Below are positions 17,384 through 27,111 of a stretch of 64,000 nucleotides of DNA, in pieces. The notes under the pieces are model-generated. The model worked only from the letters and a program-made list of their open reading frames with translations, made no database searches and was not told the DNA's origin. The stretch comes from Minisyncoccota bacterium. Its GTDB lineage: Bacteria; Patescibacteriota; Minisyncoccia; JBAYJV01. The position numbers and the translations under genes were made by a program. The stretch covers positions 8,302 to 72,301 of the forward strand of contig JBAYJV010000002.1 of the NCBI GenBank assembly GCA_041664925.1, in the 5' to 3' direction. Numbering within the stretch: the first letter of the stretch is position 1; every line of letters starts with the position of its first letter.

Positions 17384-18559
17384 TTGTATAATATAATTAT
17401 GACTCAACGAGAAACAATAAAAAAAGCTTACGAACTAGCAGTTCAAAGCCTTCGCAAACTTTATACTGGCGAAGGGATTATAACTGGCAGAAATCATTTT
17501 ATTGATTATTGGGCGAGAGACAATGTTTTTGCTTGTTTTGGGGCGCTAGAAATCGGCGACGATGAAATTGTCAAAAAAACTCTTGAACATTACCTTAGCT
17601 ATCAAAAATCCAACGGGCTTTTACCTTTCCGCATTGGCGATTCAAGATTGTTTTTAGCAATCCGCGCTCTTGGTTTTAACGTCTTAGGTAAAAGCAAGCC
17701 CCATTATAAAGAAGATAAAAGATTTGACAAAAGTCCCACCGACCAAAATTCTTTAATCGTTATTTTATTCAGAGAATATTTGCGCAAAACTAGAAAAATC
17801 AGCTTCTTAAGAGAAAACATTGAAAAGTTGGAAAAAAGCATTCGTTGGTATATGACCCAAAACGCCGACACCGACCCGCTCATCGAAGAGGATTATTACT
17901 CAACTTGGGCTGACAATATAAAAAAAAGCGGCAAAGTTCTCTACACCAACATTTGCTATTGCCATGCCCTTAAATGCCTTTCCGAAATGTTTCTTCTTCT
18001 GGGAAATTACAAAAAAAGCAGTTATTACGAAAAAAAAGCTGACAATCTAAAAAAATATATTCTCAAGCTTTTCTGGAATTCTCACTATTTCATTGATTGG
18101 ATAAGCAAAAAACGCTACAATCATTTTTCAACCGATGGCAATGTCTTGGCAATTATTTGGGGTATTGCCAATCCGGAACAATCAAGACAAATAGAAATCA
18201 CTCTTGAAAATTTTGGCATCAATCGCTATGTTCCCAGCCTGACCAATGTTCCTAACTATCCTAAAAGAGTTGCCTCATCAATTTTATTGCGATTATTTGG
18301 CATGTCAGATTATCATAATGGCTTATGCTGGCTCTGGTTGGGAGCGGCAGATGCGATTGCAAAAAATAAAGTTGGCATGAGAGAAGAAGCGATTGAAAAT
18401 CTAGCAACAATTGCAAAAATCGCTTTGGGTTATGGCAGTTTTTGCGAGATTTACGATAAAAGAGGCAGGCCCATTCAGCGGCTTTTTTACAAATCTGAAA
18501 GAGATTTCGCTTGGAGCATTGGTGCATTTATTTGGGCATATCATCAAATTTACAAATAG
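17384..18559 (+). CDS. Six-hairpin glycoside-hydrolase-like protein (glycogen-debranching / amylo-alpha-1,6-glucosidase-like)
   Basis: 391 aa with alpha/alpha-toroid-like Trp/Tyr-rich segments (DYWARDN, GLCWLWLGAAD). Tentative. Confidence 0.4.
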   Translation: MYNIIMTQRETIKKAYELAVQSLRKLYTGEGIITGRNHFIDYWARDNVFACFGALEIGDDEIVKKTLEHYLSYQKSNGLLPFRIGDSRLFLAIRALGFNVLGKSKPHYKEDKRFDKSPTDQNSLIVILFREYLRKTRKISFLRENIEKLEKSIRWYMTQNADTDPLIEEDYYSTWADNIKKSGKVLYTNICYCHALKCLSEMFLLLGNYKKSSYYEKKADNLKKYILKLFWNSHYFIDWISKKRYNHFSTDGNVLAIIWGIANPEQSRQIEITLENFGINRYVPSLTNVPNYPKRVASSILLRLFGMSDYHNGLCWLWLGAADAIAKNKVGMREEAIENLATIAKIALGYGSFCEIYDKRGRPIQRLFYKSERDFAWSIGAFIWAYHQIYK

Positions 18560-18706
18560 GACATTTTCTGTCAACTTTTTTCACAAAATCATGAAAACAG
18601 TTGATTTTTTATGTTAAATATGCTATAATAGATAGTAGAGAGAGGTTGGGATTTAAATAAAGAAAACTAAATGAAGCCCCGCACCAGAGCATAGCACGGT
18701 GCGGGG

Positions 18707-18757
18707 TGTAAGAGCTTCTAGTCTTACTACGTTCGACAAGAATCTCTAACAGGGGGT
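18707..18757 (+). promoter_or_regulatory. Conserved leader instance d (serves 18758-19102)
   Basis: GTAAGAGCTTCTAGTCTTACTACGTTCGACAAGAATCTCTAACAGGGGGTATG-ATG. Confidence 0.45.
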
Positions 18758-19102
18758 ATGATGAGAAAGAGAGCTTTGTTTAAGCCACGCAATCCGAATC
18801 TCACAGAACGAGAATTCGTTCAGGAGTGGAATGATGTTCTGAGAGAGCGACATTCCAGTTTCCATCTTCAGTACGGTGGGTGGAATCCCAGACAGGGAAA
18901 GGAAATGCGCTGGTGCGATATTTGGAACTTCCCAAACGGGTGGTTCATCGGCTCAAGACTCAGAGGCGATCTTCTGTTGGTGATTGACGAGGATTACACA
19001 CAGGATGTCATCGATGCTCTCGTTGAGGGCAATCTGGCGGAGCGGCTCGATCCAGTCACCGGCGAACCCTTGGTTGAAAAAGTTCGAGAGGCGGCGAAGT
19101 AG
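18758..19102 (+). CDS. Hypothetical protein (114 aa), GC-elevated cassette gene
   Basis: Conserved leader GTAAGAGCTTCTAG...GTTCGACAAGAATCTCTAACAGGGGG upstream, preceded by the CCCCGCACC...GGTGCGGGG hairpin. Terminator GAGGCGGCGAAGTAGCGCGCCTC + T9 at 19083-19124. Confidence 0.5.
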   Translation: MMRKRALFKPRNPNLTEREFVQEWNDVLRERHSSFHLQYGGWNPRQGKEMRWCDIWNFPNGWFIGSRLRGDLLLVIDEDYTQDVIDALVEGNLAERLDPVTGEPLVEKVREAAK

Positions 19103-19142
19103 CGCGCCTCTCTTTTTTTTGTTAGAATAAGATTATATAAAT

Positions 19143-20165
19143 ATGAAAAAACTTGAAGAAATTTTAAATAGCCAGCCAAAGTATCGTTTAACGCAATGTT
19201 ATAAAGTGATTTTTTCTGATTTAATTTCTAATTGGCAGGAAGCAACTGCTTTGCCAGCATCACTTCGTGAAAAATTGGCAAAAGAATTTCCGCTTGAAAT
19301 CAAATCGGAATTTTTTGACTCGGTTGATGAAAAAACCACCAAAGCGCTTATTTCTCTTGAAGATGATTTAAAAATCGAAACTGTCTTGATGCGCCATCGA
19401 GATAATCGCCGAACTGTTTGTGTTTCTTGTCAGGTTGGTTGTCCCTTAAATTGCGAGTTTTGCGCGACGGGTCAAATGGGTTTTAAAAGGAATCTTTCTT
19501 CTTGGGAAATTGTCATGCAAGTTTTGACTTTTGCAAGATTTTTAGAAAAAACTGGAGATGGAAACAGAATTAGCAATATTGTTTTTATGGGAATGGGCGA
19601 ACCCTTTTTAAATTACGATAACGTCATGGAAGCGATCAGGCTTTTAAATAGTGAGGATGTTTTCAATATTGGCGCTAGGCACATTTCTGTTTCAACGGCT
19701 GGGATTACCGAAGGGATAGAAAAATTTTCTGGAGAAAACCTTCAAGTTAATTTAGCAATTTCTCTTCATGCGCCCAATGACGAATTAAGAAATAGCTTGA
19801 TGCCGATTAATAAAAAATATCCGCTCCAAAATATTTTCGAAGCGGTTGATAGATATATTGAAAAAACATCGAGAAAAGTTATGTTTGAATATTTGTTAAT
19901 TGACGGCGTAAACGATAGCGATGACTTGGCTTATGATTTAGCCAAGCTTATGCGTAAGCCACTTTATATGGTTAATTTGATTCCCTGCAATTCTGTGGGA
20001 ATCTTTAAGCCATCGCCAAGTGAAAGAGTAATGAGGTTTAGGGAAATTTTGGAAAGAGAAGGCGTCAATGTTACTCAGCGTTTTCGTTTTGGCCGCGACA
20101 TCAAAGGCGCTTGCGGACAATTAGCAGGGAGTAAAATTAAATTGGGGTTGAAATCCAACACTTAA
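19143..20165 (+). CDS. rlmN: 23S rRNA/tRNA (adenine-C2)-methyltransferase RlmN (radical SAM)
   Basis: CVSCQVGCPLNCEFCATG radical-SAM cluster, GMGEPFLNYDNV, conserved C-terminal Cys. Confidence 0.85.
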   Translation: MKKLEEILNSQPKYRLTQCYKVIFSDLISNWQEATALPASLREKLAKEFPLEIKSEFFDSVDEKTTKALISLEDDLKIETVLMRHRDNRRTVCVSCQVGCPLNCEFCATGQMGFKRNLSSWEIVMQVLTFARFLEKTGDGNRISNIVFMGMGEPFLNYDNVMEAIRLLNSEDVFNIGARHISVSTAGITEGIEKFSGENLQVNLAISLHAPNDELRNSLMPINKKYPLQNIFEAVDRYIEKTSRKVMFEYLLIDGVNDSDDLAYDLAKLMRKPLYMVNLIPCNSVGIFKPSPSERVMRFREILEREGVNVTQRFRFGRDIKGACGQLAGSKIKLGLKSNT

Positions 20166-20171
20166 ATTCCA

Positions 20172-20820
20172 ATGTATATTTATCTTGACGAATCATTCAA
20201 CCTGAGAAAGGGAGAGAAAAACCAATTTTTGATTATTGCGGGATTTGCCACTAAAAATCCAAAAGAAATTGCGAATATTTATAAGCGGATCAAAAAAACA
20301 CACGCTTCCGAAAAAGTTTATCAATCAGGAAATAAAAAGCACAAATCCTTTAGGGAATCGTGCGTTGAAACCAAAATTATTTTTAGAACTGAAAAAAACC
20401 GATATTCAGATTTATGCGATTTACCAACTTAAAAACCAATTGTCCAAAGATTATTTTCATAAAGAGAAGCTTTTATACGATAAGCTTTATTTAGATCTTT
20501 TAAACTATCTTTTGTTGAATGAGTGGAATTATTTTGATGATAAAATTGTTATTGTAACGATGGATTCTTTTAGGCCAGGAAAGATAAAAAAGGGAGAAAT
20601 CATCAATACATTAAAAAAGGGATTGGAAGATAAGTATTCCGGAAAGAAATTTTCCATATCTTTTGAAGATTCTGAAAAATTCCTGACGCTTCAATTGGCC
20701 GATCAATTTTGCGGTGTATTTTATCAGTTACTTCAGGAAAATCAAACTTGGTTTAAGATGATTGAGCCAAAATTAAAAAAGATAGTGAGCAATCCACTAT
20801 CCCCTTATAAAAAAAAGTAG
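20172..20820 (+). pseudogene. DUF3800-family gene interrupted by a frameshift (two overlapping ORFs, 20172-20432 and 20236-20820)
   Basis: N-terminal MYIYLDESFN (DUF3800 Y-x-DES start) in one frame. The C-terminal part, including LQLADQFCG, is in the +1 frame. An A7 run at 20294-20300 or an A5 run near 20330 are candidate slip sites. Confidence 0.5.
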
Positions 20821-20977
20821 CCCAACTGCTCGTGCTCTAATCTTCAACGGTTCGATTACTCGATACCTCAGAATAGCGTCAGTTGGGACTTACTACTTCT
20901 ATTATCATTATACTTTAATAAAATCATTTGTCAATAAGGTACTTATACACAATAAAAGAAAATAAATAAATTTTTAC

Positions 20978-21158
20978 AAAAATCGGAGGCTCAGCCTCCG
21001 ATTTTCTACAACTGGCAATGGTTTAAACAATTCAATAAAAAAAACGAGATATGTGGGAGGCTCAGCCTCCCACACATATGTTAGTTTTCTGCGAAGTATT
21101 CAATAATCAAGTCGAAAGATTGAATAGATAAATATTTGGAAGTCTCACTTCCAAATAT
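20978..21158. repeat. Three consecutive GGAGG/GGAAG-loop-CCTCC/CTTCC palindromes in one intergenic region
   Basis: AAAATCGGAGGCTCAGCCTCCGATTTT; ATATGTGGGAGGCTCAGCCTCCCACACATAT; AATATTTGGAAGTCTCACTTCCAAATATT. Confidence 0.5.
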
Positions 21159-21286
21159 TTTCAATTACCTTAATTTATTGACATTGGTGTTTTAATGTGA
21201 TAGATATAGACATAGTACCGTAAAAACAAAAATTTGTCTTTTGGCGGCTTGTTGCCAAAGTTCATAAGAAATCCAAAGGAGGAAGA

Positions 21287-21733
21287 ATGGCAGAGATTTT
21301 GGTTGTTACCGGGGAAGCGTTTTATTTAAAGACCTTATTGGAAGTTTTGGAAGAACAGGAAGGATTAAGAACAAGAACAGCGCGCTCAGGCGTAGAGGCA
21401 TTAGAACATCTAAAAAGTGGAAGGGCCGAGGAGAAAATGGTTTGCACTGATTTATCGTTTAACATTGGTGATGTTTCCCTTGTTCATGAAGACGAGAAAC
21501 ACCTTGTACGTAATGGATTTGCGGCAGGAGTAGTCCTGCTTCGAAGAATCAAGGAATGGCGTTCTGATTTTCCCGTGGTCCTTCTTACGAGTTGGCGAGA
21601 AGGTTCTCCTCCGAGAGTCTTAGCGGAGCCAGAAAAGTTCGACGGAGCTGTACTCTTCCGAGGGGAATTATATGATATGGTTGCTGAGATTAAAGCTTTG
21701 TGGGATAAATTGGTTTTAAAAAACCATAAATAG
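21287..21733 (+). CDS. Degenerate CheY-like receiver (pseudo-receiver) domain protein; first gene of a 2-gene GC-elevated cassette
   Basis: ILVVTGE (in place of DD/DE), PVVLLTS, and length fit the REC fold without the canonical phospho-Asp pair. Leader hairpin and AAAGGAGG upstream. Confidence 0.45.
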   Translation: MAEILVVTGEAFYLKTLLEVLEEQEGLRTRTARSGVEALEHLKSGRAEEKMVCTDLSFNIGDVSLVHEDEKHLVRNGFAAGVVLLRRIKEWRSDFPVVLLTSWREGSPPRVLAEPEKFDGAVLFRGELYDMVAEIKALWDKLVLKNHK

Positions 21734-21750
21734 AGGAGGCGGAACGATTT

Positions 21751-22230
21751 ATGGACAAAAGACGCATGGAGAGGCGAAAATTGGCTGGAATTCTTTTGGG
21801 TCTTTTGAAGCGACACAGGGGAAAAATCATCGCTATCGTTAAACAGGATCATCGATTTACCAATAAAGATGCCAAGAATCGCATATTGACTGCTAGTTTT
21901 CCGTTTGCAGGGATTAATAGTGATGTAAGCCAATTAGTGGTAGATATTTTTATCGGGTACCTTGAGATTCAGGGAGTGAAAGTTCCTAAAAGCGTAGGCG
22001 ATGTAAAGTACATAGAAAGTTTCACAGAAGAAGATGCTATCATTGAAATTGCTAGACGATTGAGAGAGACAGCGCCTATGTTTGGGTGTATGAATGTTGG
22101 AAATGTGCTGGGGAAAAGTCCTGTTAAGAAGCTGATTAATGCTCTTGTTCCTCCTGTTGTTTCAAGGGGATATCGCCATTACGATTCATCTTCAGATGAT
22201 GGAATAGGTTTAAGACCTGCTGTCGTATAG
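21751..22230 (+). CDS. Hypothetical protein (159 aa), co-transcribed with the pseudo-receiver
   Basis: RBS GAGGAGG 8 nt upstream. Terminator GGGGTCGCCTAGGGCGACCC + T-run at 22244-22272. Confidence 0.45.
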   Translation: MDKRRMERRKLAGILLGLLKRHRGKIIAIVKQDHRFTNKDAKNRILTASFPFAGINSDVSQLVVDIFIGYLEIQGVKVPKSVGDVKYIESFTEEDAIIEIARRLRETAPMFGCMNVGNVLGKSPVKKLINALVPPVVSRGYRHYDSSSDDGIGLRPAVV

Positions 22231-22300
22231 ATTAATAGAAAACGGGGTCGCCTAGGGCGACCCTTTTTGTTTTACCAAGACTTTGATAAAATCTAATTAT

Positions 22301-23068
22301 ATGAAATACTTTAAAATTTATTCTTGGAATGTGAATGGGATCAGGGCGGCAGTCAGGAACGGTTTTATGGATTGGTTTTCAAAAGAAAAGCCGGATATTT
22401 TGTGTTTGCAAGAAACTAAAGCTCATGACGACGATTTTCCGCCTGAAATAAAAAATATTTCTGGTTATTATTTATATCACTCGCAAGCTCAAAAAAAGGG
22501 GTATGCGGGCGTGGCAATTTTAACGAAAATAAAACCGCTTAAAGTTATAGACAAAATTGGTATTGATAAATTTGATAGTGAAGGAAGATTTTTAGTCTTG
22601 GAATGTGAAGATTTTTATCTTTCAAATACTTACTTTCCTCACACTCAACGAGAATTGGCGCGCCTTGATTTCAAGCAAGAATTCAACGAAGCCTATCTAA
22701 AATTTATAAAACAATTTAAAGACAAACCAATCATTTTAACGGGCGATTTCAATGTTGCGCACAAGGAGATTGATTTAAAAAATCCCAAAGAAAACGAAAG
22801 AAATGCCGGTTTTACAATTGAGGAAAGAAGTTTTGTTGATGAGCTGACTAAGGAGGGCTTTATTGATACTTTTCGCCATTTTCATCCCAAGGATATAAAA
22901 TATACTTGGTGGACTTACAGATTTGGCGCTAGAGACAGGGGGATTGGTTGGCGCATTGATTATTTCTTCGTTCAAAAATCATTCTTAAAAAATGTAAAAG
23001 TTGCCGATGTTTTGGATAATATTTACGGTTCTGATCATTGTCCTATATTATTAGAGGTTGACTTGTAA
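22301..23068 (+). CDS. xth: Exodeoxyribonuclease III (AP endonuclease, Xth family)
   Basis: MKYFKIYSWNVNGIRA start, ..LCLQETK.., GDFNVAH, SDHCPI EEP-fold motifs. Confidence 0.85.
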   Translation: MKYFKIYSWNVNGIRAAVRNGFMDWFSKEKPDILCLQETKAHDDDFPPEIKNISGYYLYHSQAQKKGYAGVAILTKIKPLKVIDKIGIDKFDSEGRFLVLECEDFYLSNTYFPHTQRELARLDFKQEFNEAYLKFIKQFKDKPIILTGDFNVAHKEIDLKNPKENERNAGFTIEERSFVDELTKEGFIDTFRHFHPKDIKYTWWTYRFGARDRGIGWRIDYFFVQKSFLKNVKVADVLDNIYGSDHCPILLEVDL

Positions 23069-23316
23069 TTCTATCCATATTTTTCGTTATTTGAGGCATT
23101 ATGCCCCTTTTTTTATGTTGTGGACATTTATCTATTGACTCTACCTGAAATAAGAGTATAATTGTCATACATTGTTTTTTGTGTTGTAAAACATGAAAAA
23201 CAGATGTCGTGCTCTCTGAACCCCTCTGCTAAAGCTTTTTCCCGTAAAAGGGACAACTTAGTTAAGGTTATCTGAGAGTAGGTCGATAAATTTAACTAAC
23301 ACAAGTTTCAATTACA

Positions 23317-23595
23317 ATGAACAAAAAGCTTTATGTAGGAAATCTTTCCTACAACACTACAGACAAGAGTTTGGAAGAGCATTTCTCACAAGCTGGTACC
23401 GTTGAATCTGCTGCTGTGATCATGGATCGCATGTCAGGCAGATCAAAGGGATTCGGTTTTGTTGAAATGGCATCAGACGAGGAAGCAAAGAAAGCCATCG
23501 AAATGCTTAATGGCAAAGAATTAGACGGTCGCGCCTTAAAGATTGATGAAGCAAGGCCTCCAAAAGAGAGACCAGCTTTCAAAAGAGAATTCTAA
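23317..23595 (+). CDS. RRM-type RNA-binding protein
   Basis: RNP2 LYVGNL and RNP1 KGFGFVEM. Size is 92 aa. TTGACT-N17-TATAAT promoter at 23145-23173 implies a ~140-nt 5'UTR with no SD. Confidence 0.8.
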   Translation: MNKKLYVGNLSYNTTDKSLEEHFSQAGTVESAAVIMDRMSGRSKGFGFVEMASDEEAKKAIEMLNGKELDGRALKIDEARPPKERPAFKREF

Positions 23596-23729
23596 AAATT
23601 AATTAGAATTGTACCTTACAAAACAAAAGACCTCGCAAGAGGTCCTTTTGTTTTTGTGGTAAAATGACACAAAAGATTGACTTTTTAGAATTTTAGTAGT
23701 ATAATAGGAGTAGGAATAAAGGAGGAGCT

Positions 23730-23891
23730 ATGATTGGGTGGAGTGTCGTATTTTTCTTATCTGCTTTAGCGGCGTTTTTCTTGGGTATTAGCGAAGCATG
23801 GGAAGGTAGTAAGGATTCTTCTGCAAAACTGCTCTTCAAGATGGCCGCTGTTGAGACTGTTGTTGGAATAGGTTTAATATTTATTCCTTAG
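23730..23891 (+). CDS. DUF1328/UPF0391-family small membrane protein (53 aa)
   Basis: MIGWSVVFFLSALAAFFLGISEAW... matches the family pattern (MLxWALxFFVIALIAxxLGFGG...). AAAGGAGG lies 6 nt upstream. Below the ORF-track size cutoff. Confidence 0.5.
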   Translation: MIGWSVVFFLSALAAFFLGISEAWEGSKDSSAKLLFKMAAVETVVGIGLIFIP

Positions 23892-23992
23892 TCTCAATCA
23901 TGATTTTCAAGAGGCGAAAGGAATAAATAGATCCGAAAAGTCCAGGGGTCGAAAAAGAATCTTCGACCCTCTTTTGTTTTATTTGTGCGAAT

Positions 23993-24154
23993 GTCATTCT
24001 GAGTGGTTGGTTCTATTTTTTCGGAGTAAACTTATAACAAGAGTCATTCTGAGTGGTTCGACGAGCTCACCATAAATTCCACGAAGAATCTCGTGTTTAA
24101 GAGCGATAATTCGGGATCCTTCCCCTATGCCTTACGGTACGGGGTCAGGATGAC
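23993..24154. mobile_element. MITE-like element(s) with GTCATTCTGAGTGG ... TCAGGATGAC terminal inverted repeats (two nested left ends)
   Basis: Left TIRs at 23993 and 24044; right TIR 24145-24154. The interior carries the family words (AAGAATCTCG..GGGATCCTTC). Confidence 0.4.
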
Positions 24155-24453
24155 TCATTTTTTTTTGTTTCGTTGCTTGCCCGTTCGAAGCCTAAAGGCG
24201 AAGGAGGGTAGGGTTGTAATGTTGTCTGTCTCCTGCCTGACGGCAGTCAGGGCAGGCAGGAACCATTGACATTTACCACAATTATTATAGAATGGTGAGT
24301 AGTTCTTGGAAAAATCAAAATAATGTAATCCGCCTACGTCTTTCGATAGATTCATTTCATTTCCATAAATGGACTCAAGACTACGGCGAGATGTAAGTTT
24401 TTCTATTTTTCGTCTATGACTCAAAAAGAAAGAACTAACAAAGGAGGGACAAA

Positions 24454-25074
24454 ATGAGTCCATGGTTGGGAGCAATTCTTGTGGGAGTTGGTATTTGTGT
24501 GATTTCTTGGCTGATTATTAATTGGGCAGTGGGTAAGTCTCAACATTTCGGCGATAGCTTTGGAAAGATATTTTCATCTGTAATCATAGGTGTTATAGGA
24601 ACCCTAATCTTTTTCTTGGCTTCGACAGTTTATATTTCTGGACCGGTAGTTGATACTCGGAATAATCTTATCACTCACTACGGAACAAACACGCATATTT
24701 TGAGATGGTCTGAGGAAGCCAAGGCTTATGAAAGTGGATTTTTGAAATCCATTCCTATTTACTCGCAAACATTCAGAGTCATTATTGACCCAGCGATTGC
24801 TAAGCTACATCTTGAGATTACGGTTGTTCCGGGAGAAGACGACGAATCAATCATGGCGCAATATGAGAGAATTATTTCTCATGGGGACACTCTTGAGGCG
24901 TATATCAGGCGACTGACTTTCTTGTACGAAACAAGAGGGCTTTCCCAGAATCTTGATAACTTCCCAAATGACTACATCAAATTTCTTGAGCCTTTGTTAA
25001 AAGCATCGGGAGTGAAGGGACTTAGAATCTTTATAAATGGAAACGCAGTTCCCATCGTTACGCAAATTGAGTAA
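24454..25074 (+). CDS. Hypothetical N-terminally membrane-anchored protein (2 TM then soluble domain)
   Basis: AAAGGAGGG RBS. Promoter TTGACA..TATAGAAT at 24268-24297. Confidence 0.5.
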   Translation: MSPWLGAILVGVGICVISWLIINWAVGKSQHFGDSFGKIFSSVIIGVIGTLIFFLASTVYISGPVVDTRNNLITHYGTNTHILRWSEEAKAYESGFLKSIPIYSQTFRVIIDPAIAKLHLEITVVPGEDDESIMAQYERIISHGDTLEAYIRRLTFLYETRGLSQNLDNFPNDYIKFLEPLLKASGVKGLRIFINGNAVPIVTQIE

Positions 25075-25236
25075 CAATCAGCGAACCCTGTATTCAGCGT
25101 GGTACAGGGTGTTTTTAATTGAGTGCGTTTCTGAGTGTAACGAAGACTACGCAATCAATAACCCGTCCGTAGCTTTAGCGAAGGAGGGTTTTTTGTTTTC
25201 CCCAGTTTTGATTGCGACAGGATATAAAATTTGGTA

Positions 25237-25386
25237 AAATTGTAAATTAGTCATGATAACTCAAAGCTCAAATCTTAAAACTCAAAACAAAAACTTAAAA
25301 CCATTAAACTATTTAGCTTTGAATTTTGAGCTTTGAACTCTAAGCTATGGCTTTGACCTTTAACATTTAAGCTTTAAGTTATTTTC
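25237..25386. repeat. Low-complexity AAAACTCAAAGC-word tract; inverted partner at 26990-27120 flanking pduL-ackA
   Basis: AACCATTAAACTATTTAGCTTTGAATTTTGAG (25290-25325) versus CTCAAAATTCAAAGCTAAATAGTTTAATAGTTTTAAG (27041-27078). Similar tracts at 38500-38660, 49440-49530 and 57780-58010. Confidence 0.45.
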
Positions 25387-25950
25387 ATGTTAATTAAAAT
25401 TGAAGTTTCGGCTCGCCACATTCATTTCACCAGACAAGACATTAATGTTTTATTTGGAGAAAATTATCAGCTTAGGCAGCGAAATAAGCTTTCTCAAGCC
25501 GATGATTTTGCTTCCCAAGAAACTGTCAGCGTTAAAACAGAAAAAGGTGAACTTGAGCTGCGCATTATTGGTCCTGAAAGAGCCTATTCTCAGGTAGAAC
25601 TTTCTATAACGGATACTATTAAACTTGGCATTGACACATCTCTTAAGTTATCCGGCGATATCAAGTCTGTACCCAGAGTCAATGTTCTTGGACCCAATGG
25701 CGCCATTCAAACACCTGTCATTATTGCCAAAAGGCACTTGCATCTATCAAAGGAACAGGCAAGTGAACTGGGTATTGAGGATGGCAAGATTTGTAAAATA
25801 AAAATAGAAGGCGAGAGGGGATTGGTTTTTGATAATGTTATTGCTCGGGTTGGCGAAGGTTTTGACTTAGTTTTTCATATTGATACCGACGAAGCTAATG
25901 CTTGCGGGCTTGGTAAAACTTGTGAAGAAGAAGGAGAAATAATTCTGTGA
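25387..25950 (+). CDS. pduL: Phosphate propanoyl/acetyl-transferase PduL-type
   Basis: Two PduL half-repeats with the RHIHF / RHLHLS His motifs. Directly upstream of, and overlapping, ackA. Confidence 0.7.
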   Translation: MLIKIEVSARHIHFTRQDINVLFGENYQLRQRNKLSQADDFASQETVSVKTEKGELELRIIGPERAYSQVELSITDTIKLGIDTSLKLSGDIKSVPRVNVLGPNGAIQTPVIIAKRHLHLSKEQASELGIEDGKICKIKIEGERGLVFDNVIARVGEGFDLVFHIDTDEANACGLGKTCEEEGEIIL

Positions 25951-26984
25951 AAATTTTAGTTTTAAATATCGGATCATTCACTTTCAAATGGGAGTTATTT
26001 GATGAAGATTTAGTGTCGCTTAAAAAAGGAAACAATGATTTGCTCGATATCAGCATTGAAGAGAAATTGAAATTAGCGCTTGAACAAATTGGCGATACTA
26101 GTGAAATAAAATCTATTGGTCATCGAGTTGTTCATGGTGGCAGGGAATTTGTCCAGACAACGGAGATTAAAAACGAAAATATTTTAAATCTTGAAAAATA
26201 TAATCCTCTTGCGCCGCTTCATAACCCCTATAATGTTCAGGGAATAAAAGCGAGTCTTAAATTATTGACAGGAATTCCTAATTTTGCCGTTTTTGATACG
26301 GCTTTTTACAAAGACTTGCCGGAAGTTGCCAAAACCTACGCGCTTCCCCTGAAGTATTATAATGATGGCATCCAAAAATATGGTTTTCATGGTATTTCCC
26401 ACCAATATGTCGCCGAGGAAGCGGCACAACACACGGGAAAGGCCATAGAAGAATGCAATTTAATTACTATTCATTTGGGAGGCGGGAGTTCAATTACTGC
26501 CATAAAGAATGGCAAAGCGATTGATACTTCAATGGGCTTTACTCCGCTTGAGGGATTAGTTATGGGAACGAGATGTGGCGATATTGATGCGGGAATAATT
26601 TTAAAATTAATAAGAGAAGACGGGTTATCTATTGATCGGTTGGATGATCTTTTAAATAAGGAATCTGGTGTTAAGGCACTATCTGGGTTTGTTGATTTCA
26701 GGGATGTTTTAAAGGCACGAGAAGGAGGCGACCGGAAAGCGAAACTAGCTTTTGATGTTTTTGTTTATCATATTAAAAAATATATTGGTGCTTATTTTGC
26801 GATTCTCGGAAATATCGATGCGATTGTTTTTACAGGAAGCATTGGATCAGGAATAGAAACAACGCGCAATGAAATTGTCAATGGATTGGAGATTCTTAAA
26901 GGTGTTCCTGTTTTTGCAATTCCAAGCGGAGAAAATATTGCTATTGCCAAAGAAGCGAAAAGATGTCTTGCAAATCGCAATTAA
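25947..26984 (+). CDS. ackA: Acetate kinase
   Basis: MKILVLNIGSFTFKWELF N-terminal ASKHA motif, HLGGGSS, TGSIGSGIE C-terminal motifs. Confidence 0.85.
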   Translation: MKILVLNIGSFTFKWELFDEDLVSLKKGNNDLLDISIEEKLKLALEQIGDTSEIKSIGHRVVHGGREFVQTTEIKNENILNLEKYNPLAPLHNPYNVQGIKASLKLLTGIPNFAVFDTAFYKDLPEVAKTYALPLKYYNDGIQKYGFHGISHQYVAEEAAQHTGKAIEECNLITIHLGGGSSITAIKNGKAIDTSMGFTPLEGLVMGTRCGDIDAGIILKLIREDGLSIDRLDDLLNKESGVKALSGFVDFRDVLKAREGGDRKAKLAFDVFVYHIKKYIGAYFAILGNIDAIVFTGSIGSGIETTRNEIVNGLEILKGVPVFAIPSGENIAIAKEAKRCLANRN

Positions 26985-27111
26985 TAATTCTTTATAAACT
27001 CAAAGCGCAAAGTTCAAAACTCAAAACTACAACTCAAAATTCAAAGCTAAATAGTTTAATAGTTTTAAGTTTTCCTGCCTGTCGGCAGACAGGTGTTTTG
27101 AGTTCTAAGAT

